DNA from: Lingula anatina
Taxonomy: Eukaryota; Animalia; Brachiopoda
Reading direction: 5' to 3'
Assembly (NCBI GenBank): GCA_051362555.1
Contig: CM120642.1
Span: forward strand, 6,696,001-6,760,000
Length of the DNA: 64,000 nucleotides
In this document: positions 1 to 13,300 of the stretch, in pieces
How positions within the stretch are numbered: position 1 is the stretch's first letter
Layout: each line of letters opens with the position of its first letter
Program-made: the position numbers and the translations under genes
The notes under the pieces: model-generated
What the model saw: only the letters and a program-made list of their open reading frames with translations
What the model was told of the DNA's origin: nothing
The model's database searches: none

Positions 1-768
1 ATTATATGAAGTATATTACCCGGTATATAGGATTACTTCAATAGAAGCCATATTTGCCTTGTGCACTTCTTACCAATTTACTTGCAATTGTACTCTCTGG
101 TGTTGTGAACACTAAATACTGAATCGGAATATATTGCTTTAGTTAGTCGTCTTGTTTTACGACCTTAAGGCCTTTTCAGATTCATTTCGTCTAGGCTCAT
201 ACCAGAATCCCCTCGTTGGTTACTTACAAGGGGTCACACAGAGAGGGCAGAGAAAATCCTACGCTGGGCCGCCAAGGTCAACAAGAAAACCCTTCCTGCC
301 AATATCTTTGACGAGAAAACACTCGAGAAAACGGAATATGTGAGCCCGCTGGAGATGCGCAAGACTCCAAGGCTCCTTCTACGAACCTTGATTGGGATGT
401 TTGTCTTGTAGGTTTAGCATAGAGAAAACATGAAACATGAAAGGTGCATGCATTGTAACATACATTTACCTCCGTGATCAGTAACAGGGTTGGCAGCGTT
501 TTAATCCCCCACATGCATTACTTAAGTAATGTGATTGTTTGTGCCGTGGGCTTCATTCTCTAAATAAATAACAGTCATGAACAATCGGAGTTTAAGGCAA
601 AATGGATAGAAGAAATCGGGAATCTATGTAGGCCCCTATTCGTTATCTTCTTTTTGAAAATGCCTAGGGGCTTCAATTCGGACACTCTCTCTCCCTGTCG
701 GCTGCTGGTGTGATTTATTAATTTATTTATTGAACTATGAGGATGCCATTCTTACATGTATTTTTCAG

Positions 769-2049
769 TTTTGTCATAGCTTTGGTATGGTATGGTCTCG
801 CCCTAAACCCGGGCACTCTTGCCGGTGATCTCTTCGTGAATTATTTCCTTATGGCCATAACTGAATACCCGGCTTACTGCATTTGTTTCGTCATCAATAA
901 ATTGGGAAGAAGATGGCCACATGCTATTAGCATGATGGTCGCCGGAGTTGCTATGATCTCCACTATATTTGTCGAGCTCTATGCTCAGAAAGGTAATACC
1001 AGTAAATGTTTTTGATATGCGCAGCGTCTACAAGTATACGAAAGCTGTATCAGATATATAATGGAAAAAGAACATCATTTATTAGCATAATATTGAGACC
1101 TTTGTTTCTATAAACAAATTGTCAGTAATTGGATAAGTATTCTTGGGCAATCTCATAGAAAAGAATAGTAATTTGAAATATATGTAAACTTGAACGTGCA
1201 AATTTTTGATAAATATACAATTTCGTAATAGTTACAGAAAATGCTCTTCCTCTTTCACATTGTTTTGAGGGCAATGAAAACGTTACCTGGTACCAAATTA
1301 TGATTTACATATTCTCTCCATGCTTCATATATCAGGGATACTGTCAACGGACGTTGCTCAAACCTCTCTCTTTATGCTTGGCAAAACTGGAATCACCACA
1401 GCCTTCGCCATTTTCTTTATGTGGAGTGGGGAATTTTCCCCGACGCCCCTGAGAAATTTCGTGGTAGGCATGTGCAACGTGAGTGGTAGGGTGGGCGCCG
1501 TGTTTGCACCGCTGATAGTGGTACGTTTTTTTTTTCACTTTTTTTAATTTTCATGGTAATTCATAACACTATGATAATTATGATTTAATTAAAACCACAA
1601 CAAATAAAGGTTGAAGTAGTACAAAGTAATTTGTAAATGTACAATGCGCTTTAGATCCAGCAAAAAAATTTGAAAATTTTCTGACGATTTTTTGCTATAT
1701 CTGAAACATAAAAGTATGTCACTACACATGTACTTTGATAATTTTTTTATGGTATTTTGTATATTTTTATTTAAATCTGTATGCAGTATTTTAACCATTA
1801 AACCGTTCAACAGAGACGAATAAATTAACAACTCTCTTTTTTCAGGAAGCATTTGAAAAAAACGCCCAACTTGGGAACACAATACCATGGATAATATTTG
1901 GCGTGATGGCGTTGCTTGCCGGAATAAGCTCCCTTTTTCTGCCAGAGACTCGTAACAAGCAACTCCCAGAAACATTGATGGATGCTAATGATGTTGGTGT
2001 GAAACCAACGTAAGGATTTCAAAGCATTTCTCTTCTCTTTCTCCTTCTT

Positions 2050-2081
<32 letters not shown>

Positions 2082-2302
2082 AAGCTGCCCATGCTAAATG
2101 AACAAACTGTATTTTACGTATATCATAACTTATTAAGGATAGTTGCTGTTATGTCATAATGTCAGAATTTTCAAATTTTTTCAGCAGCGGGTCCAGTTTA
2201 CCAGATCCAGCACACGGCATATCCCTCATGACAGAACAGCCACCAGGAGATCTTAAGGATGAAATCATGCTACAAGATAAGACAAACTCTAAAGCCATCT
2301 AG
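769..2302 (+). CDS. SLC22-family organic cation/anion transporter (MFS), last four coding exons: 769-992, 1336-1520, 1846-2009, 2185-2302; the 5' part lies outside the window
   Basis: All exons have AG/GT boundaries and consistent phases (1, 0, 2). The joined protein has SLC22 hallmarks: WYGLALN..L.GDLFVNY, INKLGRR, GK..IT.AF...FMWSGEFSPTPLRN, SGRVGAVFAP, LFLPETRNKQLPET. Stop TAG at 2300-2302. Confidence 0.9.
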
Positions 2303-3026
2303 GAAATTAATTTGCGCCGCAACGAAATTTACTGTTCGCTTCAGTGTAAAACGATAGAACGAAACTCGCAGTTGGTTGAACAAAGCGATGACACGCACTC
2401 AGGGCTTGGTGTTTCACTTACTGAAATTACCAGTAGATTTGTGTGTAAATTTTTCTTGCTACTCTTTTGTAAGCAAATTTTAATCAACCCTTAAATATTA
2501 TAGTTGATATTTTAAAGACATGTACAGTAATGGGTTTAGTTTTCATTGAGCCTGTTCAGTCCAATATGGTTTCGGTGTACCGTATCATGTTTTAATCTTC
2601 GTTTATCTGTCTTTACACACGCACACGTACAGGGGTATGGGGATTGAACTGTCAGAGCAGTCTGGGCTACCGAGTTGACTGTAGTACATATATATAAATA
2701 ACTGTTTTGTAGCGTGGTCAGTTCATTATGAAGCGACCAAGGGTACTGGTGTTTGGCGATTATTTTACATGTACATGTAGTTATGAAGGTTCGGGTTACC
2801 TTTAGATTTGCAGGTCTATTTTTTTTTTTTTTTTTTTTTTTTTTTTGCAAGATATTTTGATGCAACTAAGAAACGAGCTTATGCAGGTTTTAGTGTCATT
2901 CTTTGTGGTGCATATTTTTGTAACATTTTTAAAACAAAGCAGAAAATGTAGTGTAATTTAAATAAGGTACGTAAAAGCTGTTTGCAATTGAATTTATACA
3001 CAAAACTGTTTTATGCCCATTTCTAT

Positions 3027-3029
<3 letters not shown>

Positions 3030-3079
<50 letters not shown>
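3030..3079. repeat. (AAT)n microsatellite
   Basis: Uninterrupted aat repeats; source of the poly-N stretch in ORF 2982-3344. Confidence 0.95.
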
Positions 3080-3080
<1 letters not shown>

Positions 3081-3184
3081 GTTGTTGTTGCAGACTTGGG
3101 TAAACTACCTGTCCACCCCAGTAGCGGACTTAATGGTCCTGCCCCCCCCCCCCCCCCTTCGGTTTCTGAAAAAATCACAAATTA

Positions 3185-4890
3185 CTATTTGATCCGAATA
3201 CAACTAACAAAGCTGCCTTGTCTCCGTGGTAACCCCGCCGTCCTGGACACAGCTAGACATTTATACGCGGGTTCGAATCCTAAGATTTTCAGTGTGACTT
3301 TTTTGCTCGAAATGATTTCAAAAATTTGCGTTAGATTACTATAAGAGGAAACTCGTACGTGCGGACGGTGGGCGGTTCACTCACGGCGCAGTCGGTTTCG
3401 TGCTTGGTTGCAAAAAATACTTAGCCATCAGAAAAGCATGGTAACAGCAAGTCACGAGTTCAAATCCCAGGTGACGCATGTTCACCATAACAACGACCTG
3501 GCCCTGCAATCGAAAACAAATGCAACCTCTCATGTGTCCCAGCAAATTACCTTTTGCATAAAAATGCGTTTTAGTTTAAAATTAATGATCGATTTTGACA
3601 ACAAATTATTGCTCGTCATTATCATAAAGTCTGCGACGTCAGTTACATTTCTTTTCTCTTTGCTTTGCTTTACCTAATCATACATTTGTTTTTTCATCCT
3701 CTCCCCCCCCTCCCCATTTGGTCTTGCTTATCAAAACTATACATATATTCATACAGCACCCGGGCAACTCCCCAGTAGACGTTTGAAATGGCAAAGACTA
3801 CTCACAACTAAAACCGCCAATTTCTGAACCGCCTTTGGCTCTCATCGTGCTCTAAATATTACGTCACAGGTGAAGTCAAACGTAAACTCAGTGTAACACA
3901 AAATGAAATTAAAAGCACTTGAAGTCATATAGCTAGGAACAAGGCAGGCAGGCTAAGCAATAAAAGGGGCCGAAATTGAAATGTTTCAGTAACTTTCCCT
4001 GTATACAGTAGAATCACGTCACTTCACCCGTAAACCGCATTCAAAATGAAAATAACAGCATCTGAAGTAATCTAAATAGGAACGTTCCTGGCAGGCTTAT
4101 AAAAAAGCTACGTCACTTGAATTGATTCAGTAGCTTTCTGCGGCCAGCAGAAAAAATTGGGATCTTCCCGCCGAAATTATTTGCCAAATATATATATTTT
4201 CAAAATTGCCTTCATCGCAATTGCTTGAATGGAAAGCGCATCAGCTTATACATATATTTGAAGTTTTTTAACGGTTCCCTCTTCTAGTGGGGTTGCTAAA
4301 ACTTAAACCGTCCCATTGTGCTCTTCAGCGTCACTGGTGAAGCCAACCTAAAGTTCAGCATACAACAAAGTCATGGTAAAAAAAAGGTAATCTATCTAGG
4401 AACGCTCCGTGTCGACTTCTCAAATAAGTGCTCGTGTACATGATGAACTTTAATAACAACGTTGATGATAATTCCCTGTTCGAAGACCCGCGATGTGCAG
4501 GATGAAATACATATGTACAGCTCACGGCCTGCTGATTGTTATGGCAGATATATACATGTACAGCCAAACTGGCCCTTCTCTGTGAGAAAGTTGAAAGTTT
4601 CACATTTGATCCAAACTCCACCGACGAAGCTTCCTTGGCTCCGTGGTAACTCCGCCGTCCTGGACACAGCTAGACATTTATACGCGGGTTCAAAAGAATC
4701 CTGAGAATTTCAGTGTGGCTTTTTTGCAGTGTTTGCTCGAAATAATTTCAAAAATTTGCGTTAGATTACTATAAGAGGAAACTTGTACGTATGGTGGTTG
4801 GGCGGTCTGACACAGCGGAGTCGCTAGCGTGTTTGCTTCCAAAAAAAACAGCAAGCCATAAGCAAACCATGAGTAGGCCTACCTAGTAGG
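3185..4890 (+). repeat. Diverged, partial older copies of the 1626-bp array unit
   Basis: Shares ordered motifs with the array unit, e.g. ctccgtggtaac...tacgcgggttcgaatcc (3222-3279, 4639-4692), cacggcgcagtcgg (3382), ggcaaagactact, gtaactttccctgtatacagtagaat, gaatggaaagcgca. Confidence 0.85.
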
Positions 4891-6969
4891 TGCAGTTATT
4901 TGTCGAATATGTTTTTTCCTCAAATTTTGCATCATCGCAATTGCTAGAATGGAAAGCGCACCAGTCTTTGAACATTTGAACTTTTTTAAAGATTCCCTTT
5001 TCATAGGGGCTTGCTTAAACTAAAACCGTCCCGGTGTAAACGGCCTTTGATACCATTGCGTCTTTTTACCGTCATAGTTGAAGCAAACAGTTTCTCAATG
5101 ACTGAAAGTAAAAGAAAGTCATCTATGTAGGAAGGCTCCGTTCCAGGTTGTCAAACAAGGTATAGTGGACGTGACAAACTTCAACGTTCATGAGAAGACC
5201 ATGTTCGTGGCCTGGCGTGGCTCCGGAAAGAAATGCATCACCCTGGCTATCGATCGTAACTGGAGATATATATACGTGTATATCCAAACTGGTCCTCTCC
5301 GTGAGAAGGTAAAAGGTTTCCATTTGATCTCCCGTCAACTAACCAATCTTGTCTGGCTCCGTGGTAACTTTGCCGACTGGAAAACAGACAGATCCACGTA
5401 CGCGGGTTCGAATCCCAGGATGCGACGAAATTTTTTGTATTCCAGAAATAATTTGCAAAAATTGAGTTCGATTACTATAAAAGGAAACTCGTAAGTAAGG
5501 ATGGTGGGCGGGTCTGTCACGGCGCAGTCGGTAGCGTGCACGGCTGCAAAAAAACAAATGCAAAAACGTCGAGTCACGGGTTCGAATCCCAGAAGACGCA
5601 CGTCAGTTCACCACAACAACGTCATCGAACTGGCGCTGGGAGCGGGAAGCCACAGGAACGAATGCGCAGCCTCTTGTGGGTCCTCGCAAATTATCTTTTG
5701 CACCATTAATAAAAAAAGTTGTTGTCACAGTGGTGCATCTATGAAGATCTTACATCTTTTTTTAGTAGATTTATTACTTAAAGATAAATACGGTGATTTG
5801 ATATGAACCTTTCGCATAAAAAAACGGCATAGTTTACAATAAGTGATCGACTTGACATAGACTTTTTGCTGGTCATTCTCATCAAGACTGCATCGTCAAT
5901 AACACTTCCTTTCTCTTCACTTAAAAGACCTCAAAATGGTGTTGACGAGGGTAAGCTCATTGAACTCTATCTTTTTCCAGGTACGTCACATGTCAAACTT
6001 GAATCGAGTCAATTGCTGACCCGATACGGCGCCATGCATGTAAGACTGCCATTTCATCGAAAAGTCCTTTTTTTCTCGGTGGGATAATCTGCAAGAAAAG
6101 TTCTCAATTTTTTTTTTTCGAAAGTAGCGTTGCCGCTATTGGTTTGCCCATTCATACATTTTTTTCTCATGTCCTTTGCCTATCAAGACTATTCGTATGG
6201 TCACACAGTCCCCGGGGCAATTCCACAGTCTGCATTTCAAATGGCAAAGACTACTCCAAACTAAAATCGTCAAGGTGTAAACCGCTTTGGATCTCAACGT
6301 GCTCTGTAACGCCACAGGCGAAGTCGAACGTAACCTCAGTGTAACACAAAATGAAAATAAAATCACTTGAAATCATATAGCTAGGAACCTGACAGGCAGG
6401 CTTATCAATAAAAGCGACCGAAATTGATATGATTCAGTAACTTTCCCTGTATACAGTAGAATGACGTCACATCACTCGTAAACCGCATTCAACAGAAAAA
6501 GATGGTACCTTGTGGGTGGAGTTATATGCCAAATATGTTTTCTTTTCTCAAATTTTGTATCCTCCCAATTGCTAGAATGGAAAGCGCACCAGACTTACAC
6601 ATTTGAATTTTTTTAACGATTCCCTTTTCATAGGGGCTTGCTTAAACTAAAACCGTCCCGGTGTGAACGGCCTTTGATACCATTTCGTCTTTTTACCGTC
6701 ATAGTTGAAGCAAACACTTTCTCAATGACTGAAAGTAAAAGAAAGTCATATATGTAGGAAGGTTCCGTTCCAGGTTGTCAAACAAGGTCTAGTGGACGTG
6801 ACAAACTTCAACGTTCATGAGAAGACCATGTTCGTGGCCTGGCGTGGCTCGGGAAAGAAACGCAGCACCCTGGCTATCGATGGTAACTGGAGATATATAT
6901 ACGTGTATATCCAAACTGGCCCTCTCCGTGAGAAGGTAAAAAGTTTCCATTTGATCTTCCGTCATCTAA

Positions 6970-7064
6970 CCAAGTTTGTCTGGCTCCGTGGTAACTTTGC
7001 CGACTGGAAGACAGGCAGACCCACGTACGCGGGTTCGAATCCGAGGATGCGACGAAATATTTTT
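6970..7064 (+). ncRNA. Putative Pol III small RNA cassette A (~95 nt), shown for array copy 2 and present in all 11 units
   Basis: A-box-like TGGCTCCGTGGT 6981-6992, B box GGTTCGAATCC 7032-7042, T5 terminator 7060-7064, short closing stem tttgtc/gacgaa. Transcription is inferred, not shown. Confidence 0.5.
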
Positions 7065-7136
7065 ATTCCAGAAATAATTTGCAAAAAATTGAGTTCGATT
7101 ACTATAAAAGGAAACTCGTAAGTACGGAGGGTGGGC

Positions 7137-7324
7137 GGGTCTGTCACGGCGCAGTCGGTAGCGTGCACGGCTGCAAAAAAACAAATGCAAAAACGTCGAG
7201 TCACGGGTTCGAATCCCAGAAGACGCACGTCAGTTCACCACAACAACGTCATCGAACTGGCGCTGGGAGCGGGAAGCCACAGGAACGAATGCGGCCTCTC
7301 GTGGGTCCTCGCAAATTACCTTTT
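7137..7324 (+). ncRNA. Putative Pol III cassette B (~185 nt): tRNA-like head plus two 3' hairpins, shown for array copy 2 and present in all 11 units
   Basis: TATAAAAG at 7103-7110 (~30 bp upstream), D-arm/A box GCGC-AGTCGGTA-GCGT at ~7149-7164, CTGCAAA anticodon-like loop, B box GGTTCGAATCC 7206-7216, hairpin cgtcagttc/gaactggcg (7228-7262), second hairpin 7269-7312, TTTT at 7321-7324. Confidence 0.5.
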
Positions 7325-10300
7325 GCACCATTAATAAAAAAAGTTGTTGTCACAGTGGTGCATCTATGAAGATCTTACATCTTTTTTAGTAGATTTATTA
7401 CTTAAAGATAAATACGGTGATTTGATATGAACCTTTTGCATAAAAAAACGGCATAGTTTACAATAAGTGATCGACTTGACATAGACTTTTTGCTGGTCAT
7501 TCTCATCAAGACTGCATCGTCAATAACACTTCCTTTCTCATCACTTAAAAGACCTCAAAATGGTGTTGACGAGGGTAAGCTCATTGAACTCTATCTTTTT
7601 CCAGGTACGTCACATGTCAAACTTGAATCGAGTCAATTGCTGACCCGATACGGCGCCATGCATGTAAGACTGCCATTTCATCGAAAAGTCCTTTTTTTCT
7701 CGGTGGGATAATCTGCAAGAAAAGTTCTCAATTTTTTTTTTTTTCGAAAGTAGCGTTGCCGCTATTGGTTTGCCCATTCATACATTTTTTTCTCATGTCC
7801 TTTGCCTATCAAGACTATTCGTATGGTCACACAGTCCCCGGGGCAATTCCACAGTCTGCATTTCAAATGGCAAAGACTACTCCAAACTAAAATCGTCAAG
7901 GTGTAAACCGCTTTGGATCTCAACGTGCTCTATAACACCACAGGCGAAGTCGAACGTAACCTCAGTGTAACACAAAATGAAAATAAAATCACTTGAAATC
8001 ATATAGCTAGGAACCTGACAGGCAGGCTTATCAATAAAAGCGACCGAAATTGATATGATTCAGTAACTTTCCCTGTATACAGTAGAATGACGTCACATCA
8101 CTCGTAAACCGCATTCAACAGAAAAAGATGGTATCTTGTGGGTGGAGTTATATGCCAAATATGTTTTCTTTTCTCAAATTTTGTATCCTCCCAATTGCTA
8201 GAATGGAAAGCGCACCAGACTTACACATTTGAATTTTTTTAACGATTCCCTTTTCATAGGGGCTTGCTTAAACTAAAACCGTCCCGGTGTGAACGGCCTT
8301 TGATACCATTTCGTCTTTTTACCGTCATAGTTGAAGCAAACACTTTCTCAATGACTGAAAGTAAAAGAAAGTCATATATGTAGGAAGGCTCCGTTCCAGG
8401 TTGTCAAACAAGGTCTAGTGGACGTGACAAACTTCAACGTTCATGAGAAGACCATGTTCGTGGCCTGGCGTGGCTCGGGAAAGAAACGCAGCACCCTGGC
8501 TATCGATGGTAACTGGAGATATATATACGTGTATATCCAAACTGGCCCTCTCCGTGAGAAGGTAAAAAGTTTCCATTTGATCTTCTGTCATCTAACCAAG
8601 TTTGTCTGGCTCCGTGGTAACTTTGCCGACTGGAAGACAGGCAGACCCACGTACGCGGGTTCGAATCCGAGGATGCGACGAAATATTTTTATTCCAGAAA
8701 TAATTTGCAAAAAATTGAGTTCGATTACTATAAAAGGAAACTCGTAAGTACGGAGGGTGGGCGGGTCTGTCACGGCGCAGTCGGTAGCGTGCACGGCTGC
8801 AAAAAAACAAATGCAAAAACGTCGAGTCACGGGTTCGAATCCCAGAAGACGCACGTCAGTTCACCACAACAACGTCATCGAACTGGCGCTGGGAGCGGGA
8901 AGCCACAGGAACGAATGCGGCCTCTCGTGGGTCCTCGCAAATTACCTTTTGCACCATTAATAAAAAAAGTTGTTGTCACAGTGGTGCATCTATGAAGATC
9001 TTACATCTTTTTTAGTAGATTTATTACTTAAAGATAAATACGGTGATTTGATATGAACCTTTTGCATAAAAAACGGCATAGTTTACAATAAGTGATCGAC
9101 TTGACATAGACTTTTTGCTGGTCATTCTCATCAAGACTGCATCGTCAATAACACTTCCTTTCTCTTCACTTAAAAGACCTCAAAATGGTGTTGACGAGGG
9201 TAAGCTCATTGAACTCTATCTTTTTCCAGGTACGTCACATGTCAAACTTGAATCGAGTCAATTGCTGACCCGATACGGCGCCATGCATGTAAGACTGCCA
9301 TTTCATCGAAAAGTCCTTTTTTTCTCGGTGGGATAATCTGCAAGAAAAGTTCTCAATTTTTTTTTTTCGAAAGTAGCGTTGCCGCTATTGGTTTGCCCAT
9401 TCATACATTTTTTTCTCATGTCCTTTGCCTATCAAGACTATTCGTATGGTCACACAGTCCCCGGGCAATTCCACAGTCTGCATTTCAAATGGCAAAGACT
9501 ACTCCAAACTAAAATCGTCAAGGTGTAAACCGCTTTGGATCTCAACGTGCTCTATAACACCACAGGCGAAGTCGAACGTAACCTCAGTGTAACACAAAAT
9601 GAAAATAAAATCACTTGAAATCATATAGCTAGGAACCTGACAGGCAGGCTTATCAATAAAAGCGACCGAAATTGATATGATTCAGTAACTTTCCCTGTAT
9701 ACAGTAGAATGACGTCACATCACTCGTAAACCGCATTCAACAGAAAAAGATGGTATCTTGTGGGTGGAGTTATATGCCAAATATGTTTTCTTTTCTCAAA
9801 TTTTGTATCCTCCCAATTGCTAGAATGGAAAGCGCACCAGACTTACACATTTGAATTTTTTTAACGATTCCCTTTTCATAGGGGCTTGCTTAAACTAAAA
9901 CCGTCCCGGTGTGAACGGCCTTTGATACCATTTCGTCTTTTTACCGTCATAGTTGAAGCAAACACTTTCTCAATGACTGAAAGTAAAAGAAAGTCATATA
10001 TGTAGGAAGGCTCCGTTCCAGGTTGTCAAACAAGGTCTAGTGGACGTGACAAACTTCAACGTTCATGAGAAGACCATGTTCGTGGCCTGGCGTGGCTCGG
10101 GAAAGAAACGCAGCACCCTGGCTATCGATGGTAACTGGAGATATATATACGTGTATATCCAAACTGGCCCTCTCCGTGAGAAGGTAAAAAGTTTCCATTT
10201 GATCTTCTGTCATCTAACCAAGTTTGTCTGGCTCCGCGGTAACTTTGCCGACTGGAAGACAGGCAGACCCACGTACGCGGGTTCGAATCCGAGGATGCGA

Positions 10301-13300
10301 CGAAATATTTTTATTCCAGAAATAATTTGCAAAAAATTGAGTTCGATTACTATAAAAGGAAACTCGTAAGGACGGAGGGTGGGCGGGTCTGTCACGGCGC
10401 AGTCGGTAGCGTGCACGGCTGCAAAAAAACAAATGCAAAAACGTCGAGTCACGGGTTCGAATCCCAGAAGACGCACGTCAGTTCACCACAACAACGTCAT
10501 CGAACTGGCGCTGGGAGCGGGAAGCCACAGGAACGAATGCGGCCTCTCGTGGGTCCTCGCAAATTACCTTTTGCACCATTAATAAAAAAAGTTGTTGTCA
10601 CAGTGGTGCATCTATGAAGATCTTACATCTTTTTTAGTAGATTTATTACTTAAAGATAAATACGGTGATTTGATATGAACCTTTTGCATAAAAAAACGGC
10701 ATAGTTTACAATAAGTGATCGACTTGACATAGACTTTTTGCTGGTCATTCTCATCAAGACTGCATCGTCAATAACACTTCCTTTCTCTTCACTTAAAAGA
10801 CCTCAAAATGGTGTTGACGAGGGTAAGCTCATTGAACTCTATCTTTTTCCAGGTACGTCACATGTCAAACTTGAATCGAGTCAATTGCTGACCCGATACG
10901 GCGCCATGCATGTAAGACTGCCATTTCATCGAAAAGTCCTTTTTTTCTCGGTGGGATAATCTGCAAGAAAAGTTCTCAATTTTTTTTTTTTTCGAAAGTA
11001 GCGTTGCCGCTATTGGTTTGCCCATTCATACATTTTTTTCTCATGTCCTTTGCCTATCAAGACTATTCGTATGGTCACACAGTCCCCGGGGCAATTCCAC
11101 AGTCTGCATTTCAAATGGCAAAGACTACTCCAAACTAAAATCGTCAAGGTGTAAACCGCTTTGGATCTCAACGTGCTCTATAACACCACAGGCGAAGTCG
11201 AACGTAACCTCAGTGTAACACAAAATGAAAATAAAATCACTTGAAATCATATAGCTAGGAACCTGACAGGCAGGCTTATCAATAAAAGCGACCGAAATTG
11301 ATATGATTCAGTAACTTTCCCTGTATACAGTAGAATGACGTCACATCACTCGTAAACCGCATTCAACAGAAAAAGATGGTATCTTGTGGGTGGAGTTATA
11401 TGCCAAATATGTTTTCTTTTCTCAAATTTTGTATCCTCCCAATTGCTAGAATGGAAAGCGCACCAGACTTACACATTTGAATTTTTTTAACGATTCCCTT
11501 TTCATAGGGGCTTGCTTAAACTAAAACCGTCCCGGTGTGAACGGCCTTTGATACCATTTCGTCTTTTTACCGTCATAGTTGAAGCAAACACTTTCTCAAT
11601 GACTGAAAGTAAAAGAAAGTCATATATGTAGGAAGGCTCCGTTCCAGGTTGTCAAACAAGGTCTAGTGGACGTGACAAACTTCAACGTTCATGAGAAGAC
11701 CATGTTCGTGGCCTGGCGTGGCTCGGGAAAGAAACGCAGCACCCTGGCTATCGATGGTAACTGGAGATATATATACGTGTATATCCAAACTGGCCCTCTC
11801 CGTGAGAAGGTAAAAAGTTTCCATTTGATCTTCTGTCATCTAACCAAGTTTGTCTGGCTCCGCGGTAACTTTGCCGACTGGAAGACAGGCAGACCCACGT
11901 ACGCGGGTTCGAATCCGAGGATGCGACGAAATATTTTTATTCCAGAAATAATTTGCAAAAAATTGAGTTCGATTACTATAAAAGGAAACTCGTAAGGACG
12001 GAGGGTGGGCGGGTCTGTCACGGCGCAGTCGGTAGCGTGCACGGCTGCAAAAAAACAAATGCAAAAACGTCGAGTCACGGGTTCGAATCCCAGAAGACGC
12101 ACGTCAGTTCACCACAACAACGTCATCGAACTGGCGCTGGGAGCGGGAAGCCACAGGAACGAATGCGGCCTCTCGTGGGTCCTCGCAAATTACCTTTTGC
12201 ACCATTAATAAAAAAAGTTGTTGTCACAGTGGTGCATCTATGAAGATCTTACATCTTTTTTAGTAGATTTATTACTTAAAGATAAATACGGTGATTTGAT
12301 ATGAACCTTTTGCATAAAAAAACGGCATAGTTTACAATAAGTGATCGACTTGACATAGACTTTTTGCTGGTCATTCTCATCAAGACTGCATCGTCAATAA
12401 CACTTCCTTTCTCTTCACTTAAAAGACCTCAAAATGGTGTTGACGAGGGTAAGCTCATTGAACTCTATCTTTTTCCAGGTACGTCACATGTCAAACTTGA
12501 ATCGAGTCAATTGCTGACCCGATACGGCGCCATGCATGTAAGACTGCCATTTCATCGAAAAGTCCTTTTTTTCTCGGTGGGATAATCTGCAAGAAAAGTT
12601 CTCAATTTTTTTTTTTTTTTTCGAAAGTAGCGTTGCCGCTATTGGTTTGCCCATTCATACATTTTTTTCTCATGTCCTTTGCCTATCAAGACTATTCGTA
12701 TGGTCACACAGTCCCCGGGGCAATTCCACAGTCTGCATTTCAAATGGCAAAGACTACTCCAAACTAAAATCGTCAAGGTGTAAACCGCTTTGGATCTCAA
12801 CGTGCTCTATAACACCACAGGCGAAGTCGAACGTAACCTCAGTGTAACACAAAATGAAAATAAAATCACTTGAAATCATATAGCTAGGAACCTGACAGGC
12901 AGGCTTATCAATAAAAGCGACCGAAATTGATATGATTCAGTAACTTTCCCTGTATACAGTAGAATGACGTCACATCACTCGTAAACCGCATTCAACAGAA
13001 AAAGATGGTATCTTGTGGGTGGAGTTATATGCCAAATATGTTTTCTTTTCTCAAATTTTGTATCCTCCCAATTGCTAGAATGGAAAGCGCACCAGACTTA
13101 CACATTTGAATTTTTTTAACGATTCCCTTTTCATAGGGGCTTGCTTAAACTAAAACCGTCCCGGTGTGAACGGCCTTTGATACCATTTCGTCTTTTTACC
13201 GTCATAGTTGAAGCAAACACTTTCTCAATGACTGAAAGTAAAAGAAAGTCATATATGTAGGAAGGCTCCGTTCCAGGTTGTCAAACAAGGTCTAGTGGAC

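Noticed and set aside
7140-7226. Functional tRNA-Cys(GCA) gene with an intron
   Set aside because: The D arm and T loop are good, but the acceptor, anticodon and T stems pair poorly and position 8 is C. Reported as tRNA-like only.
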